Position numbers and translations under genes: made by a program. A stretch of 64,000 nt of DNA, from sequence record NC_061451.1, one strand, 5' to 3'. A model generated the notes under the pieces. The model was not told the origin of the DNA, did not search any database, and worked only from the letters and a program-made list of their open reading frames with translations. Shown piece by piece: positions 1-9,557 of this stretch (position 1 is its first letter; the number at the start of each line of letters is the position of its first letter).

Positions 1-452
1 AGATCACTGATTTTAACTACAGGCGATTGTTGCAATTCAGCCTGAGTAGGATTGCGTACACCACCACCAATAACAAGACCGTTGTACGTCGGGTTTAGGG
101 ACGCACCAAGCGGCATTGCATCAACGCCTTGCGTGAAGAAGCGATAGTCCAGCGTCTTCTTGCGAGGTACGGTGAAGATACGAGAAGCTGAATGAACCAG
201 CATCCAGTTGTCACCGTCTTTGTAATAGACGACTACAGGCTGGGTTGTTGTCTCATCAACAGTGATAGTTGCCTTGAGCGATACTGCATACACAGAACCA
301 GTAGGCGTAATGTCAATCTGAGATGTGTTGTTGCTAAACGTACCACCAGCAACACGAAACGTCAGGACGTCGGTATGACCAGAAATCGTTACGCTATCTG
401 ACCACGTAACTGGACCGCTGGCTTGCTCGACTACAGGAATCAATTCAGCCAT
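1..452 (-). CDS. Hypothetical (probable virion) protein, runs off the window edge
   Basis: ATG at 452 with RBS GAGGA; frame open to position 1 (MAELIPVVEQASGPVTWSDSVTISGHTD...); absent from the ORF track because there is no stop in the window. Confidence 0.75.
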   Translation of the reverse strand, partial: MAELIPVVEQASGPVTWSDSVTISGHTDVLTFRVAGGTFSNNTSQIDITPTGSVYAVSLKATITVDETTTQPVVVYYKDGDNWMLVHSASRIFTVPRKKTLDYRFFTQGVDAMPLGASLNPTYNGLVIGGGVRNPTQAELQQSPVVKISD

Positions 453-477
453 TGCTTTTCCTCACGATGTAGAAACT

Positions 478-500
478 AAAAAGGGCGGCCGAAGCCACCC
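478..500 (-). terminator. Intrinsic terminator with cUUCGg loop
   Basis: Minus strand GGGTGGC-TTCG-GCCGCCC-TTTTT just after the stop of 515..1687. Confidence 0.85.
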
Positions 501-514
501 TGTGAGGAATAGGC

Positions 515-1687
515 TTAGGCGCCTGAAGTTGGAGCTGGGTCTGCCGCTTTGTAGCCACGCAGGAAGAAGACACGCATACCGGTGTTGTTCGGACTGTTAG
601 CAGTCAGAGCTTTATAGGTACGCTTCTTCGGCGTAGTGCCATCGCTTTCCATCTCGTTGTACACCTGCACGTCGAGGTCGGTACCGTTCGATACAACGTC
701 AGCAGACGCGTAACCAACAATATCCATCTCGTACGGGTAGCTGTAGCGCTGCGTGTTGAAGCCTGCAGGCAGACGGAAGTCGAAGTGGTTATCCTCAGAG
801 AATGGAACCATCTGATACGGGTTGATAACCGCAGAGCAGTCAGCACTGTGCAGATGCGCAGGAGCTGGAGCAGTCGGCGCATTCACGTCAGACTCACGCA
901 CGGTAAAGCGCATAAGCTGGTACGAACCTGGGCTGTACGTGATAGGACGCACTTCGGTGTTGTTGTCCGCAGCGCCGCCACCGTTAACGGTGAACATACA
1001 GAACAGAGGAGCTTTACCATCGACAACCACAGTACCATCACTGTTGATAGCACGCTGAACAACGAACCATGCAGCACGGCAGCCATCAGAGTCATGGCCT
1101 TCTGCCTGAATGTGAACAGCGAAGCCGTGCTCAGTCAGAGAGATGTGGTAAGTGAACGGCGTAGCTTCCGGGTCAGCGAAGATCAGACTGTCTGGGTTAG
1201 TCTGAGTTGGCGTGGTAACGTTCTGTGGGAACGCCATAGTGCCGCTGTAGTAAACGCTGTTTTGGTTAGCGCCAGCAATGCCGCGATGCCAGAAGCATAC
1301 TTCGGTATCACCAGTTGCACCCTGAGTACCAGTGAAGCGAGCACCAATCTGACCTGAATACTCAGGCATAGAGTTGGAGGTGGTGCCAGTAGTGCCAGTC
1401 TTAGACACAGTGCCAGTGTCAGAGATCTGAGTAGGCGAAGCAACATAAAGCTGCGTGCGCTTATCAGTTCCCTTCATGGCAACACGCCATTTCTGCGTAG
1501 CAGCCAGCGGGTCAATGGTATCAGTCGCTTCAATTACGAAGGACGACAGGTCGGTAGAAGGCACAGTGGCCGCTGCCGTACCGTTGAAGCTAATCAGCTT
1601 AAAGCCATTGGCCAACAAATCATTCAGAATGTCTTTCCACATCTTCAGGTTGTTGGTGTAGCCTGATTTAACAATCAGTTTGTTCAT
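515..1687 (-). CDS. Putative virion fibre/structural protein, paralog of 1706..2692
   Basis: 390 aa, Thr/Gly-rich; shares blocks with its neighbour (DPL...QKW, EG.D..G...WFVVQR, PLF..FS..GGG, INP.Q, N..GMR). Confidence 0.65.
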   Translation of the reverse strand: MNKLIVKSGYTNNLKMWKDILNDLLANGFKLISFNGTAAATVPSTDLSSFVIEATDTIDPLAATQKWRVAMKGTDKRTQLYVASPTQISDTGTVSKTGTTGTTSNSMPEYSGQIGARFTGTQGATGDTEVCFWHRGIAGANQNSVYYSGTMAFPQNVTTPTQTNPDSLIFADPEATPFTYHISLTEHGFAVHIQAEGHDSDGCRAAWFVVQRAINSDGTVVVDGKAPLFCMFTVNGGGAADNNTEVRPITYSPGSYQLMRFTVRESDVNAPTAPAPAHLHSADCSAVINPYQMVPFSEDNHFDFRLPAGFNTQRYSYPYEMDIVGYASADVVSNGTDLDVQVYNEMESDGTTPKKRTYKALTANSPNNTGMRVFFLRGYKAADPAPTSGA

Positions 1688-1705
1688 GTTTCAAATCCCC
1701 TAAGA

Positions 1706-2692
1706 TTAAGCTGAATCGCCGGCAGCAACAGGAAGCATCAGACGCATACCACGGTTGTCTTTACCGTTAGCGTTCATACCCTGATACACGGTCTTATCAG
1801 CAGCTTTCAGCGGGTTCAGTTGTACCTGAGAGCCAGAAGACAGCACGTCGGCAGAGGTGTAGCCCAGCATGTCCAGTGTAGCGAAGTACACGTAACGCTG
1901 AGTGTTGATCATCTGCGGGAACAGCACGATAGCGCGGTTACCTTCGGCAATCATAACCTGTTGCATTGGGTTGATGATTGGGCCGCAGTCAGCGCTTGCC
2001 TGTACAGCAGACACAGGAACTGTAGCAGCATAGATGCCGTTCTCGATAACAACGTAGCGCTGAATAGATTCAGGCTTCAATGTATCAGGGTCACCAGCCA
2101 GACCGCCGCCACATGAGAACACAGCGAACAACGGACTCTGGTCACCAGGCTTAGTGTCACCTTCCTGAACGCCGCGCTGAACAACGAACCACGAGAACGC
2201 AGTACCGGTGTTGTCGAAGCCTTCTGCATTCACATGCAATGCTACGCCGTGGTCAGTAACAACCAGATCGTAGGTCAGTGGGTAAGCGGTAATATCAGCG
2301 GCCGCATCCATCTTCCAGTCAGCAATCTGATCGATGAAGAAGCTGGTCAGCAAACCAGACTTAGCCATACGACCGACCTGAACTGTAGCAGAACGCATAG
2401 CAGCAGTGTAGTCTTCGGCATCAACCTGAAGATCAGGCAGGACGTTGACCGACATCTGTTTGTTTGCGTTATCAGCGGTCAGGATGATGCCCCATTTCTG
2501 AGAGGCATACAGCGGGTCTACTGAGGCACTAGCCAGCAGATAGAACGACTTGCCGGTAGGGGTGACAGTAGTGCCAGCCTTACCATCGACAGCGACCAGG
2601 GCAAAGCCTGACGTGATCAATTTAGCAACCAAGTCACGGGTCAGTGCTTCCAGACCGATGAGCTTAGTCACATTAGTGTGTTGAATTGCCAT
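1706..2692 (-). CDS. Putative virion fibre/structural protein, paralog of 515..1687
   Basis: 328 aa; aligns by eye with its neighbour over its full length. Confidence 0.65.
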   Translation of the reverse strand: MAIQHTNVTKLIGLEALTRDLVAKLITSGFALVAVDGKAGTTVTPTGKSFYLLASASVDPLYASQKWGIILTADNANKQMSVNVLPDLQVDAEDYTAAMRSATVQVGRMAKSGLLTSFFIDQIADWKMDAAADITAYPLTYDLVVTDHGVALHVNAEGFDNTGTAFSWFVVQRGVQEGDTKPGDQSPLFAVFSCGGGLAGDPDTLKPESIQRYVVIENGIYAATVPVSAVQASADCGPIINPMQQVMIAEGNRAIVLFPQMINTQRYVYFATLDMLGYTSADVLSSGSQVQLNPLKAADKTVYQGMNANGKDNRGMRLMLPVAAGDSA

Positions 2693-2699
2693 ATGTCAA

Positions 2700-3485
2700 T
2701 CACTCCAATACAAGATAGGTGACAGTGAGTTTAGGTTTTGCAGGGGACGTGCCGATATTCTTCATCCGCCACGAAACAACGTTGGTGTTATCTCGGTTAG
2801 CCAAGAAGCTATAACGACGCAGCTTTTTCAAGACAGGGTTACCGTCAGCATCCTCGTCGTAGAATACGCCATCATCTACCAAGAAATTAGCAGTAGAGCG
2901 GAATAAATACGGGTTTCTGTCAGAACGATCAGAGGATTCGAACGCAGATAACTCAATGTCGATAGCATTTGTCTCCACGCGTATGAGCATACACGATTTG
3001 TTCATCGTCAGGTCGAAGTCAAGTTGTTGGCCAGGCGTTAGATACGCACCAGCTTCGAACTCAACAGTTTTACGCACGCCCTGGTTTTCGTTGCCGCTCA
3101 TATCAACCCACATCATCGTACCGTTAGCACCAGAGGTGAGGGTCATACCCGCATACTCAGGTTCAGGCACTTGCTTATTGGGGTCGATACCAACAACAGT
3201 TAAACCAGTTTCATCTACAGCGGTTACGAACGGAGCATCAAAACGATAGTTCGATCCTCCGAATTTCGCTTCCTCCCATGTTACGTTGTCTGTACCAAGT
3301 TGATACATCTTCTTGGTCTCTGTGACGTAACACAACATCCCAGGCTTTTTATTACCTACAGACATTGCGTTACGATCAGCAAGAGTTGGCAGACAGCGCA
3401 TACCCCCTCGAAGATATTTGTCCTCGAGGAGATATGGGAGAGCTGTAGATGCAGGCACCAAGAACGAAGTCATGTTGACCGGCAT
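2700..3485 (-). CDS. Putative tail-fibre-associated structural protein
   Basis: N-terminal GGMRCLPTLADRNAM...GMLCYV...YQL module typical of phage fibre/adaptor proteins; lies in a fibre operon. Confidence 0.55.
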   Translation of the reverse strand: MPVNMTSFLVPASTALPYLLEDKYLRGGMRCLPTLADRNAMSVGNKKPGMLCYVTETKKMYQLGTDNVTWEEAKFGGSNYRFDAPFVTAVDETGLTVVGIDPNKQVPEPEYAGMTLTSGANGTMMWVDMSGNENQGVRKTVEFEAGAYLTPGQQLDFDLTMNKSCMLIRVETNAIDIELSAFESSDRSDRNPYLFRSTANFLVDDGVFYDEDADGNPVLKKLRRYSFLANRDNTNVVSWRMKNIGTSPAKPKLTVTYLVLE

Positions 3486-3497
3486 CTACTTTCTCCT

Positions 3498-6400
3498 TTA
3501 CGCAGTACCTGAGCCTGGGGTAGAAGAACCATAGGTCAGTTTGAACGTATACGCCAGATTATCAAACGGGAAGTCGTTGCGGTAAACAACATAGTCCACG
3601 CCGTTAATCTGAACTTCCGCAGGACCTGCAAAGTTGAAGTCGTCAAACTCCAACGCGCCATCCCATGAACCAGCAAAGCCCTGTGCAGACTCCACGAAGT
3701 AACCGTAACCCAGAGACTTAGGCCACGCAACGTAGAAGAACACGTTGTTGCTACTTGTACTGGTGTTAGCAGGGCACGTCAGCGTCTGTTGACCGCTAAG
3801 CGTCAGCGCATTTTGCAGACCAGAAACGAACTGTGCATCATAGTTCGTAACAGAGGTCACCTTAGTGCGATAGCCGAAGCGAGCACCCAGGTCAGCAACC
3901 TGCTCTTTCTTCAACGTCACATCTTTGGTTGCAGTCTTGCTCACACCGTTTTTGGTGTAAACCAGAGTGATTGTGACAACAGCATCAGCAGTCACTTTGT
4001 CAGACTTGAGCAAGCCGCCTACAACGCTCAGGCCAGTAGCAGTACCAGACTTAACAGCAACAGACCATACGCTACCACTATCAGCGGTTACGTCAGGCGT
4101 GGTGCCATCAGACATAGTAGCAGTACCAGTGTACTGAGTGTTCACGCCGCCGATGATTGAATCACTACCAGTGATAGTAACTGAATCAGGTGTTGCAGGA
4201 GCAGGCGTGTTCGTTACAGTCAGGTTCGCAGTTTGCGCTTGGCTGTTATACGAAGCAGTACCAACGATGATCGTCTGTTGCGCGGACGTCACAGTGTTAC
4301 CAACGATCTTATCCGTGCCGTTAAACGTAAACGCAGTAGAGCTACCGCTTGAACGGCTAACAACAGGAGTCAGGTCAACCGTGCTACCGCCAGAAAGAGT
4401 CAGACGCAGAACATAAGTGCCGGTCTCACCTTTGTTGACAGCAGTTGGACCCACCAGCTCGCGCTTAGTGATAGTCTCAGCTTGGTTGATAATCTGAATC
4501 GTTTTCTCTGGGGTGTATGCCGTACCATCAACAGTGACGTTAGCAGCACGTAGCGTTGCAGTTTGGTTCTGGCTGATCGTGTTCGCAGGAACATTAACTT
4601 TCGTGCGACTTGCGGTCGTGCCAGACAGCAACTGAGCATACGCAGCACCCTGAGGCAGTGTCCACGTTGGGTTAGTAGCGGTGTATTCTACCACAGTGCC
4701 AGACAGACGAGTCACACGCACATAATATTCACCAGCAGTACCACCCTCAGTGATCGAGTCAGGACCCACAATGTCTACAGTGCTTACGGTGTCAGTCGGA
4801 CCAGTTACAGTGAAGCTAACAGTACCAGTCTTCGTCACGCCACCAACAGTTGCAGTAACGTTGATGGTGAACGTCAGACTTCCGTAGAACCCGTTAAGAG
4901 CTTTCGTGGTACGAATGCGCCAGCCAGTTGTTCCACCAGCAACGATCTCGAAATACTGAGCAGTCGCAGCAGGCAAGGTGTAGCTGAGTTCCGCACTTGT
5001 GCCTTCACGCGTAGAGTTATCGCTGAACGTCAGAGTGCTATGCAGGTCCTTCGCAGTCTGTGCAGCATCGTTGAATGCATACGCAGGCGTAGGAGCAGCA
5101 GGCTGAACCGACAGCAGACTGATAACAACCACGTTCTTGATCAACACGGATTTCTGTGCAGTCAAGCCACCAGCAGTCGCACGAATCAATGCAGTGCTAT
5201 CCTGAGTTACTTCGCCAGCAGTCAACACACCCGTTTGAGCGATTGATGCGAATGCGCTACCCTGAATAACAGACCACGTAGGTGAGGCCACCTGAACTTC
5301 ACTTCCATCACTGTAGATTGACCATGCAGTGTATGGGCTGGTGGAGTTCTCGTTCATCTGATCTGCGCCACGCACTTCCAGACTAACAACAGTCGGTGGA
5401 TTACCAACGATTGATACAGGCAGCGTTGCAGTCTTCGTAATACCGTTTTCAGTATACGAGGCGTAGATGGTCACGCTGGACGTAGCAACAGGAACAGCAC
5501 CAACAGTCAACGTTGAGTTATCGAATGTAGCGTACTGGTTAGTCGCTTGCAGACGGAACTCATTCGGGCTAACTGTTTCGGTATGACCATCAGAGTAAGT
5601 AGCGAGCACGGTGTAACCCGTCTGCGTCTTTTCTTGCACTGACGATGGACCGATAATCTGAATCTTCGTCAGGTCAACTACAGGCACCACGTTAACGACA
5701 GTCAGATTGAGCGTAGCGTTGACCGTGTGCGTACCTTCTTTGTAAGAAGCGGACAGCACGACAGGAACGTCAGCAGTCACAGTACCAGCAGTAACGGTCT
5801 TGTTGACGATGGTCACAATATCCAGACGGTCAGCAGTAAACGTCAGAGGGTCAACGGTACGCGTGTGACCATCAGAGTAAGTTGCGAGGAACGTGTAGTT
5901 CGCGCTCTCACCGCTGCGAATCGTGTTCGCACCCTGAATCGCCAGAGCAGTAACGAAGATTTCTTCTGCTTCATGGATGATTGTGATAGGCTTGGTGCCT
6001 GTAATCGTCTGCGAGCCTGACGTGTAACTTGCATTCAGAGTAACAGCGCGATCTTGTGCTGTCTCTTTGCGTGCAGTAACGACATTGGCATCGATAGCGG
6101 TGTAGGTAGCAGGAGAAGCTGTGAATGAATTGGCTGTTACCATTTCAGTGTCACCGTTCGACCAAGTTACCTTGAACGTGTACGAGGCAGAAGCCTGCGA
6201 CGCGATGGTATCTTGTCCGAGAATCTCCAGCTTAGTCATCACCTGCGCCTTGACTGTTACGTCTTTGGTTGCTGTGAAGTCTACGCCGTTATAGGTGTAC
6301 GTTGCAGTCAGAGTAGAAACGGTATCAGTCGCAACTTTCTGCGCGGTACCCACCAGACCAACAAGCGACAGCACATCCGTTTTAGATGAGGTGAAGTTGT

Positions 6401-7511
6401 TAGGCTGGACAGTTGCAACAGCGCCTGACTTATAGCGAGCAGTCACGCTATAGGTTTCTTTCTGCTTGTACAACAGGCTGTTAGAACCAATGATGGCGAT
6501 AGATACCAGCTCATCATTTGGGATGAATGCGTTCTTGATCAGCAGGTCGTAAGTAGCTGTTACTGTATTACCGTACACAGGGTCAATCTTGGTCGCAGTC
6601 ACTTTGAGAACTACGTCAGCAGACAAATCAGGCGCGGTAACAGTACCGTCTTCTGAGATAGTCACACCGATAACGTTCTCTTGAATCGTCCACACAACAC
6701 CAGTAGGATTGTGCTCGATACGGTCAGACCATTCAGCGTCGATAGCCAGCTTAACACTAGAGTTATCTGACATGTACGAAGCTGAACCAGGCAGGCTGAT
6801 ACGCAGATTCATTAAGTGAGGAGATTCCCACTCAACGTTATCTGATACAGGCTTAATCCACTTACCAATGTATTTGTTCGCATTGGCTGGGTCCTGATCA
6901 ACGATTGCCAGAACATAACCAGGCTGCGGCTGATTCGAAGAAGCTACCTCAACAAACGCTGAGGAGTTCAGACGAATCATCGTGCGAGGATAGTCTGGGT
7001 GATCGTGATTGGTCGGATAACGTGGGTCTGACATACGTGGGTCAGAGCCAGATACCGCAATCGGGTCTTCTGCATCAGCAGGGTCCGTCTTCGTCTGTAC
7101 ACTACCGATACGATTCGTAGTAGCGTGAGGGATTTCGAGATCCCCTTCTTCGATGCCCAGGTCACCAGCATTCTCCACAACGCGTCGGAAGAACTGCTTA
7201 GAGTTGAACAGCGAAGCGTAGTCAGGAACGGACACCCAAGAACCACGGTGGTTGCCGTCAGACACATGGCTGGTGCGGCGCAGCACATACTGATACTGTG
7301 GGCTGCCTGAGTTAGCATCAATCCAAATCAGATTGTATGGCTTCTCAGAGAATGACGGCTCTGTCAGAGACACTACAACTTGATACACATCGGTCTGATC
7401 GTTCGCATTAGGACGAAACAGGAACGTGATTGGGTTGCGTGGAGTCAGGCCGCGAGTACGGGCCAAAGCGATGTACTGCTTGGCGAATCCGTCAATGGTG
7501 GTCACACTCAT
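3498..7511 (-). CDS. Large Ig-like repeat virion protein (about 10 Ig-like domains)
   Basis: 1337 aa; ~95-100 aa repeats with pattern L.I.G...I......Y...A.YSDG; N- and C-terminal domains shared with neighbouring genes. Confidence 0.85.
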   Translation of the reverse strand: MSVTTIDGFAKQYIALARTRGLTPRNPITFLFRPNANDQTDVYQVVVSLTEPSFSEKPYNLIWIDANSGSPQYQYVLRRTSHVSDGNHRGSWVSVPDYASLFNSKQFFRRVVENAGDLGIEEGDLEIPHATTNRIGSVQTKTDPADAEDPIAVSGSDPRMSDPRYPTNHDHPDYPRTMIRLNSSAFVEVASSNQPQPGYVLAIVDQDPANANKYIGKWIKPVSDNVEWESPHLMNLRISLPGSASYMSDNSSVKLAIDAEWSDRIEHNPTGVVWTIQENVIGVTISEDGTVTAPDLSADVVLKVTATKIDPVYGNTVTATYDLLIKNAFIPNDELVSIAIIGSNSLLYKQKETYSVTARYKSGAVATVQPNNFTSSKTDVLSLVGLVGTAQKVATDTVSTLTATYTYNGVDFTATKDVTVKAQVMTKLEILGQDTIASQASASYTFKVTWSNGDTEMVTANSFTASPATYTAIDANVVTARKETAQDRAVTLNASYTSGSQTITGTKPITIIHEAEEIFVTALAIQGANTIRSGESANYTFLATYSDGHTRTVDPLTFTADRLDIVTIVNKTVTAGTVTADVPVVLSASYKEGTHTVNATLNLTVVNVVPVVDLTKIQIIGPSSVQEKTQTGYTVLATYSDGHTETVSPNEFRLQATNQYATFDNSTLTVGAVPVATSSVTIYASYTENGITKTATLPVSIVGNPPTVVSLEVRGADQMNENSTSPYTAWSIYSDGSEVQVASPTWSVIQGSAFASIAQTGVLTAGEVTQDSTALIRATAGGLTAQKSVLIKNVVVISLLSVQPAAPTPAYAFNDAAQTAKDLHSTLTFSDNSTREGTSAELSYTLPAATAQYFEIVAGGTTGWRIRTTKALNGFYGSLTFTINVTATVGGVTKTGTVSFTVTGPTDTVSTVDIVGPDSITEGGTAGEYYVRVTRLSGTVVEYTATNPTWTLPQGAAYAQLLSGTTASRTKVNVPANTISQNQTATLRAANVTVDGTAYTPEKTIQIINQAETITKRELVGPTAVNKGETGTYVLRLTLSGGSTVDLTPVVSRSSGSSTAFTFNGTDKIVGNTVTSAQQTIIVGTASYNSQAQTANLTVTNTPAPATPDSVTITGSDSIIGGVNTQYTGTATMSDGTTPDVTADSGSVWSVAVKSGTATGLSVVGGLLKSDKVTADAVVTITLVYTKNGVSKTATKDVTLKKEQVADLGARFGYRTKVTSVTNYDAQFVSGLQNALTLSGQQTLTCPANTSTSSNNVFFYVAWPKSLGYGYFVESAQGFAGSWDGALEFDDFNFAGPAEVQINGVDYVVYRNDFPFDNLAYTFKLTYGSSTPGSGTA

Positions 7512-8140
7512 GCTTTTTTCTCCAGAATATCGGTCGCAAGCAATTGACCATATGAAGCCTTAACTGTCGAATCAGCAACAAACGTAGAACCATTCTGACC
7601 GACGGTAGCATCCATGTTGACTTTATCCTGCACGGTCTTCACTTCGACCAGAGGCTTCTCTGGGTGCATCTCATCATGAGGCAGAGGTGTACGCTTGTCA
7701 GTATTGCGTGGGTCAGAGACAGCAACAAACGTTGGACGACCAACAGAAGCAGGCTCAGTTGTGAGACGAGCAATACCATACTCATCCACAGCAGCATTAG
7801 GAATATCTGCGCCGCCTTCAAGGTCAGCCGGATCGTAATACTGCGGTGCCCAGAACGAGTTGAAGTTCTTCACTTCTTCCCACGTGTTCTGATAACCACC
7901 AGACGGTTGCTTGTTCTTACGCGCAATGAACTTGCGGTAGAAGGCGCTGTTAACATCCATGCACAGCCAGACGACATTCATCGGCAACACAACGCCAACA
8001 GGCTCTTGCGAGGCAACAATGTGCGTGCAGCTAATGTTGAGTGTTGGGTTAATCTGACGCACGATTTGGTCTTTCGTCGTATCGTCAGCGAAACCAGTAA
8101 CGGCCAACAGAGCAGCGGCCAGATCATTCAGTGTAGTCAT
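7508..8140 (-). CDS. Virion protein sharing the N-terminal domain of the Ig-repeat protein
   Basis: Probable start ATG 8140 (GGAG RBS; MTTLNDL...); WLCMD..S..YR and DPRNTDKRTPLPHDEMHPEKP match WID..S and DPRMSDPRYPTNHDHPDYP in 3498..7511. Confidence 0.75.
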   Translation of the reverse strand: MTTLNDLAAALLAVTGFADDTTKDQIVRQINPTLNISCTHIVASQEPVGVVLPMNVVWLCMDVNSAFYRKFIARKNKQPSGGYQNTWEEVKNFNSFWAPQYYDPADLEGGADIPNAAVDEYGIARLTTEPASVGRPTFVAVSDPRNTDKRTPLPHDEMHPEKPLVEVKTVQDKVNMDATVGQNGSTFVADSTVKASYGQLLATDILEKKA

Positions 8141-8150
8141 AACCGCTCCA

Positions 8151-8789
8151 TTAGTTGGAAGGTGAGGCGAGTTCGGACTCACGCACTTTACGCCATTGAA
8201 GCGTGTTGTCTTCAAGCACCATAATCTGGTTAACTTGAGGTACGTTCTGGTCCTTAATCGGAACAAACTCTTCGCCGTAGCTACCGTTGATACTGATCAT
8301 GGTGGCAGGCTTCTCGGGGTGCGTGTGATCTTTCGGGTCACGGTTATTCGTCAGTGTTTCATCACCTTCGAGGATAACACGAGATTCAGCTTCTGGATAA
8401 GACAGATAGCCGACACCGCGAGTAAGAGAAGTGGCCAGAGGAGGCAGCGACTGGTTAATGACTTTGAGATCATCTGGGTCATATTGCTGGTCAGTCATTG
8501 CATCTTCATAGAAGTACAGCTGGGTCCATACGTCTTTGTACGGATCGATTGGGTCTTTCACTGTACGCTTGAAAGCAGTACGGAAAGTGGAAGACTCTGG
8601 GTCCAAGTCAATCCAGATACCATTGACAGGCAGGACCACATAACGCGGAATCGCATACGAGCAGTAGAACAACAGACCTAACTGCGAACCGTCTTTGGGT
8701 AGACGAAACATGATTGGGTTTTTGTTCTGCTGGTGGATATTCGTAAGCAACTCAACGTTACTGATGAACTGTTCAAGTTTCAGTTCCAT
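8151..8789 (-). CDS. Virion protein, third member of the same N-terminal-domain family
   Basis: 212 aa; IWIDLDPESSTFR and RDPKDHTHPEKP motifs. Confidence 0.75.
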   Translation of the reverse strand: MELKLEQFISNVELLTNIHQQNKNPIMFRLPKDGSQLGLLFYCSYAIPRYVVLPVNGIWIDLDPESSTFRTAFKRTVKDPIDPYKDVWTQLYFYEDAMTDQQYDPDDLKVINQSLPPLATSLTRGVGYLSYPEAESRVILEGDETLTNNRDPKDHTHPEKPATMISINGSYGEEFVPIKDQNVPQVNQIMVLEDNTLQWRKVRESELASPSN

Positions 8790-8821
8790 TGTGTTCTCCG
8801 TGTAACCATAAGCGGTGATTA

Positions 8822-8829
8822 AAATTATA
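8822..8829 (-). promoter_or_regulatory. Putative late promoter (TAATTT class)
   Basis: TATAATTT 33 nt upstream of ATG 8789; overlaps the upstream stop codon. Confidence 0.4.
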
Positions 8830-9511
8830 CAGGGTCGCCGGACTTGTTGCTGGTACTGCCGTATTTAATACGGAATACATAATCGAGGCTGTCGAATGGG
8901 AAGTCGTTACGATAAACGACATAATCATAACCGCCTAAAGATACTTCGGCTGCGCCTTCAAAGTTGAAGTCGTCGAACTCCATTGCACCATCCCACGAGC
9001 CTGTAAAGCCTTGTGCTGTCTCTTGGAAGAACCCATACATGAGACGCTTAGGCCAAGCAACGTAGAAGAAGCGTTTGTTGTCAGACGTCGATTCATCTGG
9101 AGGGCACGTAATGAGCTGGTCGCCTGTCTCTGTGAGAGTAGCGAGCGTAAGCGATCGGAAGAATGCGTCATCGTAATCGGTAAGTGACATAACTTTGTCA
9201 TGAATACCGAAGCGAGGGCCGTACTCACCGCTGAACGGAACGGAGACATGCACTGTGTTTGAGACACGCAGTGGCGTATCTGTATTGCCATACACCTTAG
9301 CAGTCAATCGATGTTCGCCTGTATCAAGCGTCAGGTCCGGTGCGAGTAGCCGAGAAGCGCCCGAACTTGTGTACAGGACCTTACCGTTCTGATCTTCGAT
9401 TGTTGTTTTGGTGACGCCCGTAGTGTTGTCATTAGAAATGGTTGACTGCATAGAGTACGCACGAGGGAGCGCAATATAATCCATGCTGTTACCAACGGCC
9501 AAAATGAACAT
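8825..9511 (-). CDS. Virion protein whose C-terminal domain duplicates the C-terminus of the Ig-repeat protein
   Basis: FFYVAWPK...YG.F.E.AQGF.GSWDGA.EFDDFNF.G.AEV...G.DYVVYRNDFPFD.L.Y.F in both proteins. Confidence 0.8.
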   Translation of the reverse strand: MFILAVGNSMDYIALPRAYSMQSTISNDNTTGVTKTTIEDQNGKVLYTSSGASRLLAPDLTLDTGEHRLTAKVYGNTDTPLRVSNTVHVSVPFSGEYGPRFGIHDKVMSLTDYDDAFFRSLTLATLTETGDQLITCPPDESTSDNKRFFYVAWPKRLMYGFFQETAQGFTGSWDGAMEFDDFNFEGAAEVSLGGYDYVVYRNDFPFDSLDYVFRIKYGSTSNKSGDPV

Positions 9512-9527
9512 ATGACCTCACAATACG

Positions 9528-9550
9528 AAAAAGGAGGACCGAAGCCCTCC
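9528..9550 (-). terminator. Intrinsic terminator with UUCG loop
   Basis: GGAGGGC-TTCG-GTCCTCC-TTTTT after the tail sheath stop. Confidence 0.85.
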
Positions 9551-9557
9551 CTTATGA

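Noticed and set aside
2930-2950. GTTCGAATCC T-loop-like string on the minus strand
   Set aside because: Inside a CDS, with no acceptor, D or anticodon arms; no tRNA was found in the window
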